Positions 25,056-38,392 of a stretch of DNA of 64,000 nt are shown piece by piece; the stretch's first letter is position 1; every line of letters begins with the position of its first letter. Source of the DNA: Octopus sinensis. Lineage: Eukaryota. Location: positions 105,772,001 to 105,836,000 of the forward strand of contig NC_043001.1 of the NCBI RefSeq assembly GCF_006345805.1. The letters run 5' to 3'. A program made the position numbers and the translations under genes. The notes under the pieces are model-generated. The model was not told the origin of the DNA. It was given only the letters and a program-made list of their open reading frames with translations, and made no database searches.

Positions 25056-27734
25056 ACACACACACACACACAAACGCACACACACGCACAAACGCACACA
25101 CACACACAGATACATAAATATGAAAATGAACAATGACGTTACATGAGAATAATCTCTAAAAAAGTATTTACGTATATTATGTTGGAATAGGTATTTTGCA
25201 TCGTTTTAAAATACATACGAAGCAGTTCATCATTACTGCTCGTAATTAAAGGATGTACCTAATCATCTGTACTTCCAGCATCATTTTCACCATCAAGTCG
25301 CTGATATTTGGCTATTGCACAATCCTATATATTTAGCAAGTATCATTTGCTTTCTTGTTCGAAAATAATGCCACCCTATAGTAAAACGCATATGCTAAGT
25401 GGTAATCCTTACTGCAGCGGTACTGATTCAGACTAAAGCTTTACAGCGCACAATCTTTGTCCATCGCCCAGCCATTTAAACCACTTCTTTCTGGTTGACA
25501 TGTTAAATGATTTAATGATTCTAACATTGAAGGTGAATGGTCACTAAGCACTCAAACCCATTCCTAATAGAAGAAATAATCATGGATGACTGCACTTCCG
25601 GATGAGTTTGGACTTAGAATTAAATATGTTTTATACAATGCAATCTATTCGCACGTGTAGATCGCTTGTTCTTCACAATATTATAAAAGCCTTGCCACCG
25701 GAAAATATACTTGGGTTCTTATAATTTCAAAAACAAATGGTTAATGAATCCCTTATGGTTTGAGACCGATCCCCACTCTATCTCTTATCTGCTCATTCTC
25801 TCTCCGTCTCTCATGTGTACACTGTGCTATCTTGACTAACGAGAGACAAGTCACAATATTTATATCCCATCTGGTGATGATTCGCATAGTTGAAATATCA
25901 GTGTTACTGTTATGTATTTGCTTTTGCAAGAGTCCTGATGTGAAACCGTGTGTTGAAACAGATATTGTTATACGCTTTAGCATGACTTTTTACCAGCATA
26001 TCTCTCGGCAATTGTTCGGATGAAAACTGTGTTTAATGCCCTACATATTTGAACCTCATAAGTGAATCAATACCTCACAGCAATGCCAATGAACTAGGAT
26101 CGAAAGTAGAGTTCTATGAATAAGATCAATGATATAAATTCAATCAAGGCTGACCGGATATTCGAAATTGCTTGTTTTCTTTTTAATTTCCTACCTTATT
26201 TGTGAATTCATTCGATATTACAACACAAAGCCTCAAGTTGAGATAGTGATGCAGGAGTTAAGTCATACTTAATTCTCTCCTGCTTTATCTGGTTTGCTTC
26301 AATTTGTTGCCCACACATAAAAGAAACACTGGAGATGGCTCTTTTGTAGTGATGTAGAAGCCATGATGAAAAATGTTATTATATTTCATAACGAGGTTTA
26401 ATTTAATTTAAAACTCCCTATACTGTAGAAACGGAAGCAACACGCCGTTACATCGTTTAATGCAGGAGTGTTTGAGGTAATGTATCTGGTGGTGATATAG
26501 TGGCAGTAGTGTTTGCTTTAATATCGATGATATATAAGTGGTGTCGTGTCTACTTGTGGCTTCGAAGTTTGGAGAGGGAGATAAGGACAAAGGGTGTGGT
26601 TATATGTTTTGTGGTGGGTGAAGGCTGTATGGCAGGTGGTCGCTGTTAGACTGCGGCATTATGCCTCAGCGTGTTTGTGATAATTGAAATTCTGAAGTAA
26701 AACCTGTATTGAATAAAGTAGTAAATGGAATAAAACAAAATTACATTTCATAAGAGACAATTCAAAAAGAAATTAACGCCCTTCCTATTCTCACAAAATA
26801 CAGAAAAAATAATTTGGAATAGAACGTATAAAGTCATACAGAATTTAATGATTCAATTAATTTTACATCTGTGCAATGCCTATAATAATATTTGGTCAAT
26901 AAGCTTTTCAAAAGCAATTTCCGATCCATAATTATCAAATGCATTTAATTTTCCTAGGTGTGATTTCTATTTGCTTGTTCCCTCGTTTTGTTCTTTCTGC
27001 CATTTTAATTGTATATTTGTTTGACATTTTAAAAATGTATGTGCCTATTTATTTCTATGTTTCTGTTTTATTTACAATAATGAAATCGCAATATCAATTT
27101 ATCAACAGTAGTATAGAATGATGTTTGCTGAATCACGCACGAGTGGTTACTTCCTTAAAGTTCGTTACCTATAATAATACATTTTCCTTTTGTTTATATA
27201 CACTTTTAAAATAATGTTGTTTTCTATAGTTTGCACAATAAGCGGATACTATTCTCTCCCCTGTGCCGGCATTCTTTTATATATTGTATTTTACACTCTC
27301 CTATACACTTCTCTACCTAACACTGGGTTATACAACACCACACACTATTGGCAAAATTGTTCCTCCAATGCTTCTATATATTTTTTTGCCATGTACATTC
27401 GTTCTAATTTATTTCATATTTCCCTCCCAACCTCTCACGCTCTGTCTCTCTATTCAATAAGTCTTTGTCCGTTATTGCATTGCTTTGCAATTGAACAAGT
27501 ATGTGTGTTTATTCGCCAACATTATTTTTTTTCATTCAAACATTCATTCATTCTGGACAAAATCTGTGTCTAAGATACCATATTATCAACATCTTTTTTG
27601 TCTAATCCATTATAAGTTTAACAATAGCCGTGTTACTCAGATTCTTTACTCTCTATCTATAACGGACACACAAAGAAAACCATCACTTGCTTTCTACGAT
27701 TGACTCCCGACGTAATTTACTACACTTTAACAAA

Positions 27735-27743
27735 TTATTATTA

Positions 27744-27799
<56 letters not shown>

Positions 27800-27850
27800 T
27801 TATTATTATTATTATTATTATATTATTATTATTATTATTATTATTATTTA
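27735..27850. repeat. (TTA)n microsatellite at the 3' end of the R4-like LINE
   Basis: Direct reading. Confidence 0.95.
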
Positions 27851-29620
27851 CTCAATAGAATAGACTGTTGGAAAAGAAAAGAATCTTAACATCAGGTTAA
27901 CATCAAGTACCATTGGATGCCAAAGACCCTTCACTTGGATTACCACAAGCAACTTTAGCTGCCAAGAAACCTCGTACGTATCCTAGCTGTCTCTAATAAT
28001 ACTGTTTTTTCTGGAATTCTAATAAACTGGTTTTATGTCTATTTCTTCTATCCATCTATTTAGAATTTTAAGGATAGTTCCCAACTGGGATACATTTTAC
28101 CTACACTTACCAATTCAATGGCTAGCTCCTGGTATGTTGCTATTTTCTCTATAGTTCTCATAGTAATTTTTTCATCATTTACGACCGTAAAGTCAATTAT
28201 CTGGTACTTCCTATTCTCTTAATCTACTAATACCAAATCAGGCCTTCTAGCTTCTATTACTTTGTCAGTCGGAACGTTAAAGTCCCACAGCATCTTGTAT
28301 TTCTTACTTTCTAGTACTTTACTAGGTCCATGTTCATACCATTTATCAGTATGTTCAAATACTAACTTTCTACCTAACTCTCAGTGGATTACTATCCCTA
28401 GATTGTCATGCCTTTTCTTTCTGTACCATCATGCTACATTCACTTACTATACGAGTAACGCTCTCCTCTTTTGATTTGCATAATCTACATTGGGAATCTA
28501 CTTGATTTTTGTTTATCTTGGCTTTTATCCAATTAGCCCTTAATGCTTGATTTTCTTCAGTTACTAACAAACTTTCTGTCTACCTCTTCCGCCTTCTTTT
28601 GTGCAACCATAACCATGTCTCACTCCTACTATTTACTGAAATTATCTTTGGGAATCTACCATGCAGAGCCTTCTCCTGCCAGTCAGATAATTGCTATTCT
28701 TTGTTTTGGATTTTTAAGTTCGTTTAGTGTTTTGGTTTCCCTTGCTGTGACTGTAGCAGCTTTTAATAAACTTTCTTCACTATTACCTACATAGAAGTCT
28801 GTATAAACGCTAGCTAACTCCACGCAGTATTCTACTGATATTAACCCTCTTCCACCTCCTTTTCTACGTAGGCATAATCTTGCTACCCCTGCCATTGGGT
28901 GGAATCCTCCATTCATATTGAATTCCTTCCAAGGTCTTCGGTCTAGCTTTGCAAATTCAGTTTTTGTCCAATCTACAAAAGCTGCTGAGTATCTAAGTAA
29001 TGATACTGCCGAAATATTTACAGCCTCCACTAGATTCGGACCATTTACCTTTGACTTTATTAGTTTCCTCACCCTTCTGATGTACTTCTTCTCAATTTGC
29101 GTTTTCATTTCTGTAGTTAGTATTCTGTCAGATTCTAATACTCCTAGATACTTATAACTCTTTCCTCCTTTCAATAGTTTTAATGTCTGGCCATCTGGTA
29201 ATTCGCTGTTGACTACCTGTCCCCTTCTCATGATTAATATTGCACATTTATTTATTCCAAATTCCATGCCTATATCTTTCCTGAAGGGTCTTGCAGTCTG
29301 TATTAAGGAATCTATCTCTTTTTCATTCTTACTAAAAAGCTTCTGCTCATCCATGTAGAACAAAATGGTTAATTTTTCCATTACTATTTCTAAACTGATA
29401 TCCTGCCTTTGTGTTCTTTAATACCAAACTGAGATGGATCAAACATAAGACAAATATAAAAGGGGACAACGATTCCCCCTGGGAAATTCCAATCTTCATA
29501 TTAACTTTCCCTAAGAATGCGTTCTCTGAGTAGAGATCTACTTTCCATTTCTTCATGCTAAAGCTAACTAATTCACTTGTGTTTTTTGCTATACTGAATG
29601 TACTCAATCATTCACTTATC
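27850..29620 (-). mobile_element. 5'-truncated R4/Dong-like non-LTR retrotransposon (RT, CCHC knuckle, restriction-like endonuclease), degenerate
   Basis: GISQGESLSPFIF, YMDEQKLF, IGMEFGINKC, YKYLG, GGGRGL, CRLCKSKEESV..SEC..RHD, ARRPDLVLVD..IIDF, LLETARI. The 3' end abuts (TAA)n. Confidence 0.88.
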
Positions 29621-30101
29621 CATGAGTGTGGGATTAGGATTATTACTATTATTGTTGTTGTTGTTTTTGTTGTTGTTATTTTCATTATCATCTTTCAATT
29701 CCGTTTCCATGTCTTGCCGAGTGTATTTCTGACATCTAGGGCAGAGAAACGCACTGTATACATTGGTAGGCTATTGAAATAAGCACACCAAATTGTTCAT
29801 TTACAAAGTTATATGATAGAGACAAACGGGAAGAAGGTCAGAGAAAAAAAACAAGAAATAAAAATAATAAACAAAAAAATAAAGGGGGAAAAACGGAAAG
29901 AAAATTCACAACGAGAATGCTCTTCTCAATACGCGTGACGTACGAGTCAAGACAATCTTTTGCATGGACGGTAAGTATGAGATCTTCCCTAAATAATTTT
30001 CAGTTTCTTTTTTGACCATTGCAAGTGCTCCTGCAATCATTGGTATTGCAACCATTTAAAGATGCCACATCTTTTCGATTTCGATTAACAAATCTTTATA
30101 T

Positions 30102-30166
<65 letters not shown>

Positions 30167-30225
30167 TCTTTATTATTATTTTTATTTTTACTGTTATTAT
30201 TATCTTCATGATCATTATTATTATT

Positions 30226-30392
30226 AAGACAGCGAGCTGGTAGAACTTTTAGTGCGTCGGTAAAAGTGCATGGCGTTATTTCGTCCGTCTACACACTTTG
30301 AGTTCAAATTCCGCCGAGGTCACCATTACCTTTCATTCTTTCGAAGTCGCTAAAGCTAAAATACGTAGGAGTTCGGCAGTGGGATCGATGTC
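30226..30392 (+). mobile_element. SINE family A
   Basis: GCGAGCTGGTAGAAC..GAGTTCAAATTCCGCCGAGGTC. Confidence 0.8.
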
Positions 30393-30703
30393 TTATCATC
30401 ATCATCATCATTACTATTATTTTTATTATTATCGTTATTATTATTATTATTATTATTAGTAGTAGTATAGTAGTAGTAGTAGTAGTACATTCGTTCACAT
30501 ACAGAATTCTATAACTAGTATCAAGCGTAAACAAGAATTTATTCAAACACAGTTCAATAAAATTGTTACCAACTCCCGATACCTGATTCGCATTCTTAAT
30601 TAAATCTAAATACATTGATGAATCGTACAAGAAATTTACTAATACAATACAATTTCTCTACGTGTGACTTCTTCTGTAATGCCTTTCTTGCCTTCATTGT
30701 GTG

Positions 30704-30755
<52 letters not shown>

Positions 30756-31261
30756 TGGGTGTAGTGGAGGCGCAATGGCCCGGTTGAAATGGATATGATA
30801 CGACATTCAAAGGCAATCTGGATTCATTTTAAGCCTCTGCTTTTTCTTTTCGTGATAGCTAGAGGTGGTCTACGTCACACCTGATGTGGAAATTATGTGT
30901 GGCGTTTACTTTTTCCGGCTCTTCAAGTGTGCAGTCAAGTAGCCCAAATGTTATGAATACTGGCATGGAAAACACAGGGTTTACTGAATGTAGAGAGTTA
31001 CCAGGTCCAAATTTTCTTTATTCGTTTGTAAATCCTTTAGTGGCACGTATTTTGTTACATGTGCCATTGTAAGATGTTTTCAGCCACCCTGGTGTACCTG
31101 TAACATTACTCGATAGATACAGGGGAAACAGTTAGGTCAATGATAGAGATGTTAGTCTGTTTTCAGTTCTCTCCATTTTCACACCAATATAGCAACATCT
31201 GTGACCAAGCTTCATCGCATGTCATTATTCATTTGATTATATATATATATATATATATATA

Positions 31262-31470
31262 ACGGTAAGGTTTACGAAAATAAACAAAAGACGAAGGCAG
31301 TTGGAGTACAAACAAACAAATTTATTATTATGGCGCTCAGGAATAGAAATAGAACAAGTCTTTTACGTTTCGAGCCTACGCCCTTCGACAGAAAGATACT
31401 CAGAAAAGAAACAAGGAGAGAAACAAGGAGAGGAAAAAAATGCGTGTAGGAGCTAACGGTCTATCATGGC
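31262..31470 (-). mobile_element. 3'-end fragment of the second hammerhead-bearing repeat family (degenerate hammerhead at 31359-31396)
   Basis: The minus strand reads TCTTT-CTGTCGA-AGGGCGTAGGCTC-GAAACGT-A-AAAGA, and the fragment ends at a (TA)n tract. Confidence 0.6.
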
Positions 31471-32805
31471 GTTCTGACTTCAGGCAGAGGTCAGACGTCA
31501 GACGTTAGACGCTAGAGGGATACTAGGTCAGAGAAAGAGGGGGTGATAACAGGGTCAGAGAAAGAGGGGGTGATGAGAAGTAGAATATCGACGAGTTGTA
31601 ACACTTCTAATGGTGTCTAAGTTTGAAACGCAGTTGTATCTACTTACAAATGTAGCATTTATTATACAATATCAATATATATGTATATATATAAATATGT
31701 ATATGTATGTGTATGTACATGTGTGTGTGTGGTGTGTGTGTGTGTGTGTGTGTGTGTGCTTGCATGTGTTTGTGATTGAATAATCTTATGAACACATTCA
31801 TTCTCGGTAACACGATTGTAAATAAAACCATCAATATATTCAAATATTAATTCAAAATATTTACTCTACTCTGCGAAAATATTGAATAATAGAATTCATT
31901 TTAGTAAATCACTACCTTCTCAAATACAGATTCTGGTACTTTCTAGTTATAGTATCTGTATATTTCAACAAACATTTATTTTATTCATATTCACATTCCC
32001 ACACATAAAATGGTGATTTTTATTCCCCAGATATATCATCTCTCCAAGAATCAGCTAATTTATGCAGTTTTCTTATAGGAATTATATTACCAACGCATTT
32101 ATCGTAAGAGAAAATATGTCGGCTACGAAATGAAAGCTACAGCGTTTTTTCTCTATCTAAAACAGCAATTGAATTATATAACCAGAGAAAAAATATTCCT
32201 AAACAAATAACAAGGAGAGTTTCTCCAGGCATTCTACGACCGCCATCACTTTATCGGCTCCAAAAGCTACACTTTTACATGATTTTATATATTCTTCTAT
32301 TGTTTCCTAAATGCCGTACATCATATGCATTTACAGAGCATCGTAGTTTACAAGTAATAACATACAGAAATCATTTAAAAGAAGAAATATGAATACAAAC
32401 GTTTCAAAGATGAAGCTATTTACTTCGTAAACAAGTTAGTTTCGCTAGAGCAAGTTTCTAACAGCATTCAATAGTCTTCTACATTCTTTGAATAGACTAA
32501 CTTGCTGATTTTAGGGTTAAGCTGTCACTAAAATATATATACTCATCAAAAATGTATACAACTTCGATTTGTAAGTTAAGTCATGTATAAAGATAATAAT
32601 ATGATTTTAGACATAAATTTTGAGCACATTGCGTAAGAGTTGATTTATTAGTCCATAGTATATCGTGTTGGATTGGCGGATAAATATTAGAAAATTAAAT
32701 AGATATATTGACATCATAACTTTATTTTGTCGCTCCCAAGTTAGTTATAGCCGGTTAATGAAGAGAAACAAATACCAATATTAATTAGCTACATAAGTCG
32801 GTGAA

Positions 32806-33100
32806 CTCTGAGTTCAAATTCCGCCGAGGTCGACTTTTCCTTTCATGCTTTCGGGGTCGATTAAATGAGTACCAGTTACGCACTCGGGTCGATATAATTG
32901 ACTTAATCAGTTCGCCTGTCCTTGTTTGTCCTCTCTGTGTTTAGCCCTTTGTGGGTAGTATAGAAATAGGTATTTCATCCGCCTTTACGTTCTGAGTTCA
33001 AATTCCGCCTTAGTCGATAAAATAATTACCGGTTCAGCCCTGGGGTTGACGTATCGATTTACTCCCTCCTCCAAACTTGCTGGCCTTGTGCCACAATTCG
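32806..33100 (+). mobile_element. SINE family A, headless, two units
   Basis: CTGAGTTCAAATTCCGCC occurs twice. Confidence 0.85.
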
Positions 33101-34096
33101 AGATCTTTATTAATTAGATAAATTCAGAATTGGTGTTCAGTTACATATGAATGTGTATCACTAATACTGTCGTATTAGAAACTGCCTAGATTAGGCCTAT
33201 CGATGTACACAGAAAAGAGAAACCTACCTTGTTACAAGTCTCTTCCTCCGGAATTTATTAGCGATATCTTTATCATCTTTGCGAAGGGATATGAGAACTA
33301 CAACTACAGGACGCCTTTTAAATTTCATTCGGTAGCAATTTCAAAGACCTTATTTTGTTAACATCCTCAAAATAATTACAATAATCATATCTTTCCAATT
33401 TACATTCTACCAATAATATTTTTAATTTTCGTTTTTGTAGTATTTGTGTTAGGTAATAAATCAAACAGCGTGTGATAATTTCATAATTTTAACACCGATA
33501 AATTTATAGCAATTGGATAATTTTATTCCACTACCTATTATACGATATCATAATGTATTTGAATACCACTACCTTTTGTAACATTAATGGTTTAGCACTT
33601 CTATAATATACAACTCTATTATTTCGGTTGTAAATATCACAAGTAATAAAATATTCTCCTACGCCTTCAGTGTAATGCCTCTTTCATAAATGTGTCGAAT
33701 AGAGTTAATAATTCAAAGGATAAATTAATTATATTGAATTAAGAGAATGCGTAATTCTGTCACGTACACACACGCAGTATATATGTGTGAGCATGTGTGT
33801 GTATGTGTGTGAGTAACGAGAGAGTCAAAGTGAGAGAGATTATTGTAATTTGTTGAATCTCTACTGAAAGTTATCTCGCAACTCGCACTCCTCACGGTAA
33901 AAAGATAGTTTTTGTCTGTAGATAAGAGGCACTAGAAAATGAATGATCTGGTGGGTTCTCCGAAGATCAGTGCTGCTTTTAGCAGAAGAATCTCTGTAGC
34001 CTTTACTAGATGGAACTCTAATTCCATCGATAGACTGAATGTATGGCACATATTTTACTCATTCAACGATGATGTTGGTATTCTATACTGTTGTAC

Positions 34097-34119
34097 CAAT
34101 AACTACTACTACTACTACT

Positions 34120-34156
<37 letters not shown>

Positions 34157-34181
34157 CACCACCACCACCACCACCACCACC

Positions 34182-34233
<52 letters not shown>
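34097..34233. repeat. Compound (CTA)n-(CCA)n-(CTA)n microsatellite
   Basis: Direct reading. Confidence 0.95.
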
Positions 34234-34234
<1 letters not shown>

Positions 34235-34289
34235 CGAGAAATGCAACAGCAATAATAATCCTCTCTACTATAGCTACATAGCGTGAAAT

Positions 34290-34400
34290 GTGGTAGGAGG
34301 GGTTCAGTTGATTAGATCAACCCCAGTACGCAACTGGTACTTAATTTATCGACTCGAAAGGATGAAAGGCAAAGTCGACCTTGGCGGAATTTGAACTCAG
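34290..34400 (-). mobile_element. SINE family A fragment
   Basis: AAAGTCGACCTTGGCGGAATTTGAACTCAG. Confidence 0.8.
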
Positions 34401-34994
34401 CTAACAATAAAGCAATAATTTCGAAATAAGCCCATAAATATACGTTTGTGAATTTGTGCCGCAAGATTCCTGATGTGAAGCCTTGTGTTGAAGCAGACGT
34501 CGTTGTATTTCGCGATGGTCATTGTTTTTTTTTGGCTTATTTGCCAAATAAACACACGCACTATATATTCGTTTTCACTCGTTTATTACTGTTCTCATAT
34601 CCATTGGCCGGAAGTATTTCGTGTGTGCTCTTGCTTTGTTTATTCCATTCTCATTTGATATACACTTGATATGGCTTCGAGTACTTGATTTAGGATTGGC
34701 ATATCTGCTTTCCCTTTAGTATTTACATTGAATTATTTTAATAATTGAAATATAGTTGGCGTTACATTGCGATTATATTTCTCACCTAATGCAGAAATTT
34801 ATTTGTAGATGATTCCTATGGTGAAAATGAACGATGTTCCTTATAATTAATTATCCATCTGCATTCTTATGTGCTAACATTATTACCTTGTGCAAAGTTA
34901 AGCAATATTTCTCGCACTAACTGCAGAAGGAATTTTATACAAATATATAAAAGCATTCTCTCAAATACACACACATTCTTTTATTCTTTTATTC

Positions 34995-35200
34995 TTTTAC
35001 AAGGTTCAGTCATTTGACTGCGGTCATGCTGGAACACCGCCTTTAGTCGAACAAATTAACCCTAAGACTTATTATTTGTATGCCTAGTACTTATCCTATC
35101 GTAATTGTTTTCCGAACCGCTAAGTTACACCAGCATCGGTTCAAAAGCGATGGTGGGGGGACAAACAAAGATACACACACACACGCACACACGTACATAC
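34995..35200 (-). mobile_element. SINE family B, 3' half
   Basis: GTCATTTGACTGCGGTCATGCTGGAACACCGCCTTTAGTCG. Confidence 0.8.
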
Positions 35201-35222
35201 ACACACACGTATGTTCTGTTAT

Positions 35223-35694
35223 CTTATTTAAAACAGAGTCCAACAAATTTGCTCATATTTATGTAATCGAGGAGATTAGATGTTACAATGGATTTTATTT
35301 TTTTTTGTTATTCAGGTTGTTATACAATTTATTTCATGCAAAATACTCAGATATTCATAATAGAAAATCGGAGCGGTCAAATTTGTACTCGTCGGTAGCT
35401 GGGATAAAAACTAAGAGTCTTGTTTAAAATAGACATGACTCCAAGAACGAACACATTATTAGAATATGATTACTAAAGGAAACTCTATGTACTTCTAACG
35501 TCTTTTTCAATTTTTATGCAAGCTACTGACGAGTACAAATTTGACCGTTCCGATGTTCTTCTATGAATAACTGAGTGTTTTTGTGTGAAACAAATTGTAT
35601 AGCAGCATGAATAATAAAAACTAAAATCCATTTTAACATTTAATCTCGTCCATTACATAAATATGAACGAACATGTTGAACTCTGTTTAATAAG
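35223..35694. mobile_element. Fold-back MITE, ~470 bp with ~185-bp imperfect inverted arms
   Basis: For example, CGGAGCGGTCAAATTTGTACTCGTCGGTAGCT pairs with AGCTACTGACGAGTACAAATTTGACCGTTCCG. Pairing extends out to CTTATT..AAACAGAG / CTCTGTTTAATAAG. Confidence 0.75.
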
Positions 35695-38354
35695 TCAAAT
35701 CATATATTGATTAATTATTAGAGATACAAGCAACAAGTATCAGGTCAAATTCCGGCATATATAAATGTGTGTGTGTGTGTGTGTTTGTTTGTATACACGC
35801 ACAAGCATTTGTTTTCACCATATAGTAAAAAACGAAAGACCGAAGTCTAAACAGTTCATATCATAAGAAATCGATAAAAGTTCGATTCAAGAATATTCAT
35901 AATGCTCGTGAACTTTGCTCTTACACTCCCGGAAGTGATACAAGTAAAGTCTCTAGAGTTGATATTACATAGCGAGTTAATCCAGGTAATACTAGAAAGG
36001 AGTATGATGTACCTATTTACTTTTATGTTAAATGTGGCTACATGCAGGAATTCAAATTCCCTTTATGTATCAGTGCAAATATGAGGAGGGGTTATCTTGC
36101 TCCATCCCGTTTAATTCCGCATGTTTTGTGTATAAATATTTTATTATAAATTTAATATCTAGCGAAAGTAGTATATTTCAATGAAACTGCGGAAATGTGA
36201 ATTCTTATAGGATTTGATTTTATATTTGTCCGTAGACAGGAAAAGCTGCAAAAACCTAACTCTGTTTTCGTTTCGTTAGTTGATTCTTCTCAGAAGCCAC
36301 ACTCCATTCAAAAGAAATACGCATTAATAATTCTATAGTAAGCGTGCCTCAAATTCGAGGTTGCTTAACATTAATTCCATGGCAAGTTGACTTAACTATG
36401 GCTCTATGTACTAAAGATCATTTTTGAATTAAACCCGATCAAGACGCGATATTCATCCTCATACATTTCATATGATTTCAACTGACATACTTTTCTTTCT
36501 CACACTCACCAATGATGTGAAAATCCGAGTGTTCTTTCGAAAACTTATTCCCGATGGCGATTTTGTTCTCTAATTTCGTTATAAAATAAAAGAAATGAAA
36601 CATATAGCTTTCATATATCGCTAAACTTTTGATTGAGTAATAAATCAATTATCTCCCAACAACGTTCATTTCAATCTATATAAGCTCTCAGACCTACTAT
36701 ATAGTTAACGATTACCTTAATAGCATTCTAATGTCCCTTCCTTGTAATCAAATTAGTTCATCATTGGCGTATTTATCAGTGTAAACATCCACGTAACAGT
36801 TTTCTTGAATGTGTTAAACAAAGTATTTAATTCCTGTCACATGTTCCTAGGACTGTAACGGAATTCTCTGTTGAATTAAATTTGAAAACGGCCACCGACA
36901 TTTTCCTTAACTACTGTTAATTCTTAATAAAAAAAATGTTACTCTAATATACATTGTCGGTTCTACGAATTCTGTTTAACTTAATGTTCATATACGAATA
37001 ATATAGCGAAAAGCCTATACAGACTTTCTTATACATTGCAAATCTGAATCGAAGATTTATTGTCGATTGAATTGTAGTTTGTAGTTTGTAGTAGATAAAT
37101 GATATGTATTTTATCGATTCTTTGCAAAATAACGGAAAATTACAACCGATCGTATTTTAACTCAACATATAAATGATAATAATCAAATGCTGCAAGTAAT
37201 TTAGTATGACGCTCTACCATGTTTGTTGTATCTCGCACTATTGTGAATATACTCCGATAGTATATTATAGTATATTATAATGACGATTAAATATACATAA
37301 TGCAGTTTATATAATATGAGCTTATGATATGCAGATATAGTGTCAAGTGTATTATCGATCCAGACATCCACGTCCCCTGCTAAAGTATTCTATTGCTACA
37401 TGAACAAAGTAAAGCGTTTAATACACGAATGTTATATTTTACTAGTCTTATTCGAAAACATTATCAGTAGTTCCAAAGGCATAGTGTATGCATTGTACAA
37501 TTCGAAAGCATTATTAGTAGTTCCGAAGGCATAGTGTATGTAGTGTACAATTTACAACAATTTTCGACAAGTTAGATGTTTGGTTTCCATCACAAATTCG
37601 CATATGAACCAGCGTGACATCTAAGTGACGTTATGCACAAAAGGGAAATATTTGACGCCCTAACCCCAAAATGGGAATATAGCGCTTCCTACGTGGCGAA
37701 GTATTCACGAAAGGTCACTTTTTTTTATTAGAATAGGTCATACGTTGCTGGTGTCATGCTATCTTAACAGTTCACAAATATTTTTATAATTGATTGAAGT
37801 ATATTTCTGCGAGTTGTCGAAGATGAGGCCCGGGTGTTGCTAATTATTGGCTATACATGCGATCGCTATAATTACAATTATCTGGACAAATTTCAAACAT
37901 TATTAATCTGACAATTCAGACAGAATGGTAAGTTGATGGTAACAAATTGGAAATAATTGCCTCTCATATTACGGTTTACTTAACTGTAAAATCATATAAG
38001 ACAATCACAGAGGAATTCTTAGGCGAAATTTAAAGAAGAAGAGTTTACGAAAGAATAACATTGACAAAATTAGGATTAAATCTCTTTCATTTGCATTTAT
38101 ATCAGAACTCGCCAGTGATTAGAATTTGGAATTTAACATAAATTGCTGTAAAGTCGATTATTATCGTATATTAATGCTCCATAAGTTGCTTGGCATCGGT
38201 AATTGTAACAATTTGTTTTTTAAGTAATGCGATGGATATACTTTATTCCAATAAACGAGATTCCCAGGAGTAGCTAATTCGTTTTACGGTATAAATCTAC
38301 GACTGTTATATTGAACAGTTTTTTCTTTTTATATGATCATTGCATCCAAACCGT

Positions 38355-38392
<38 letters not shown>

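Noticed and set aside
34039-34286. Poly-Thr / poly-Pro ORFs
   Set aside because: They are products of the compound trinucleotide microsatellite.
37459-37554. ~50-bp tandem direct repeat
   Set aside because: It has two diverged units and no spacers, so it is an ordinary local duplication and not a CRISPR array.
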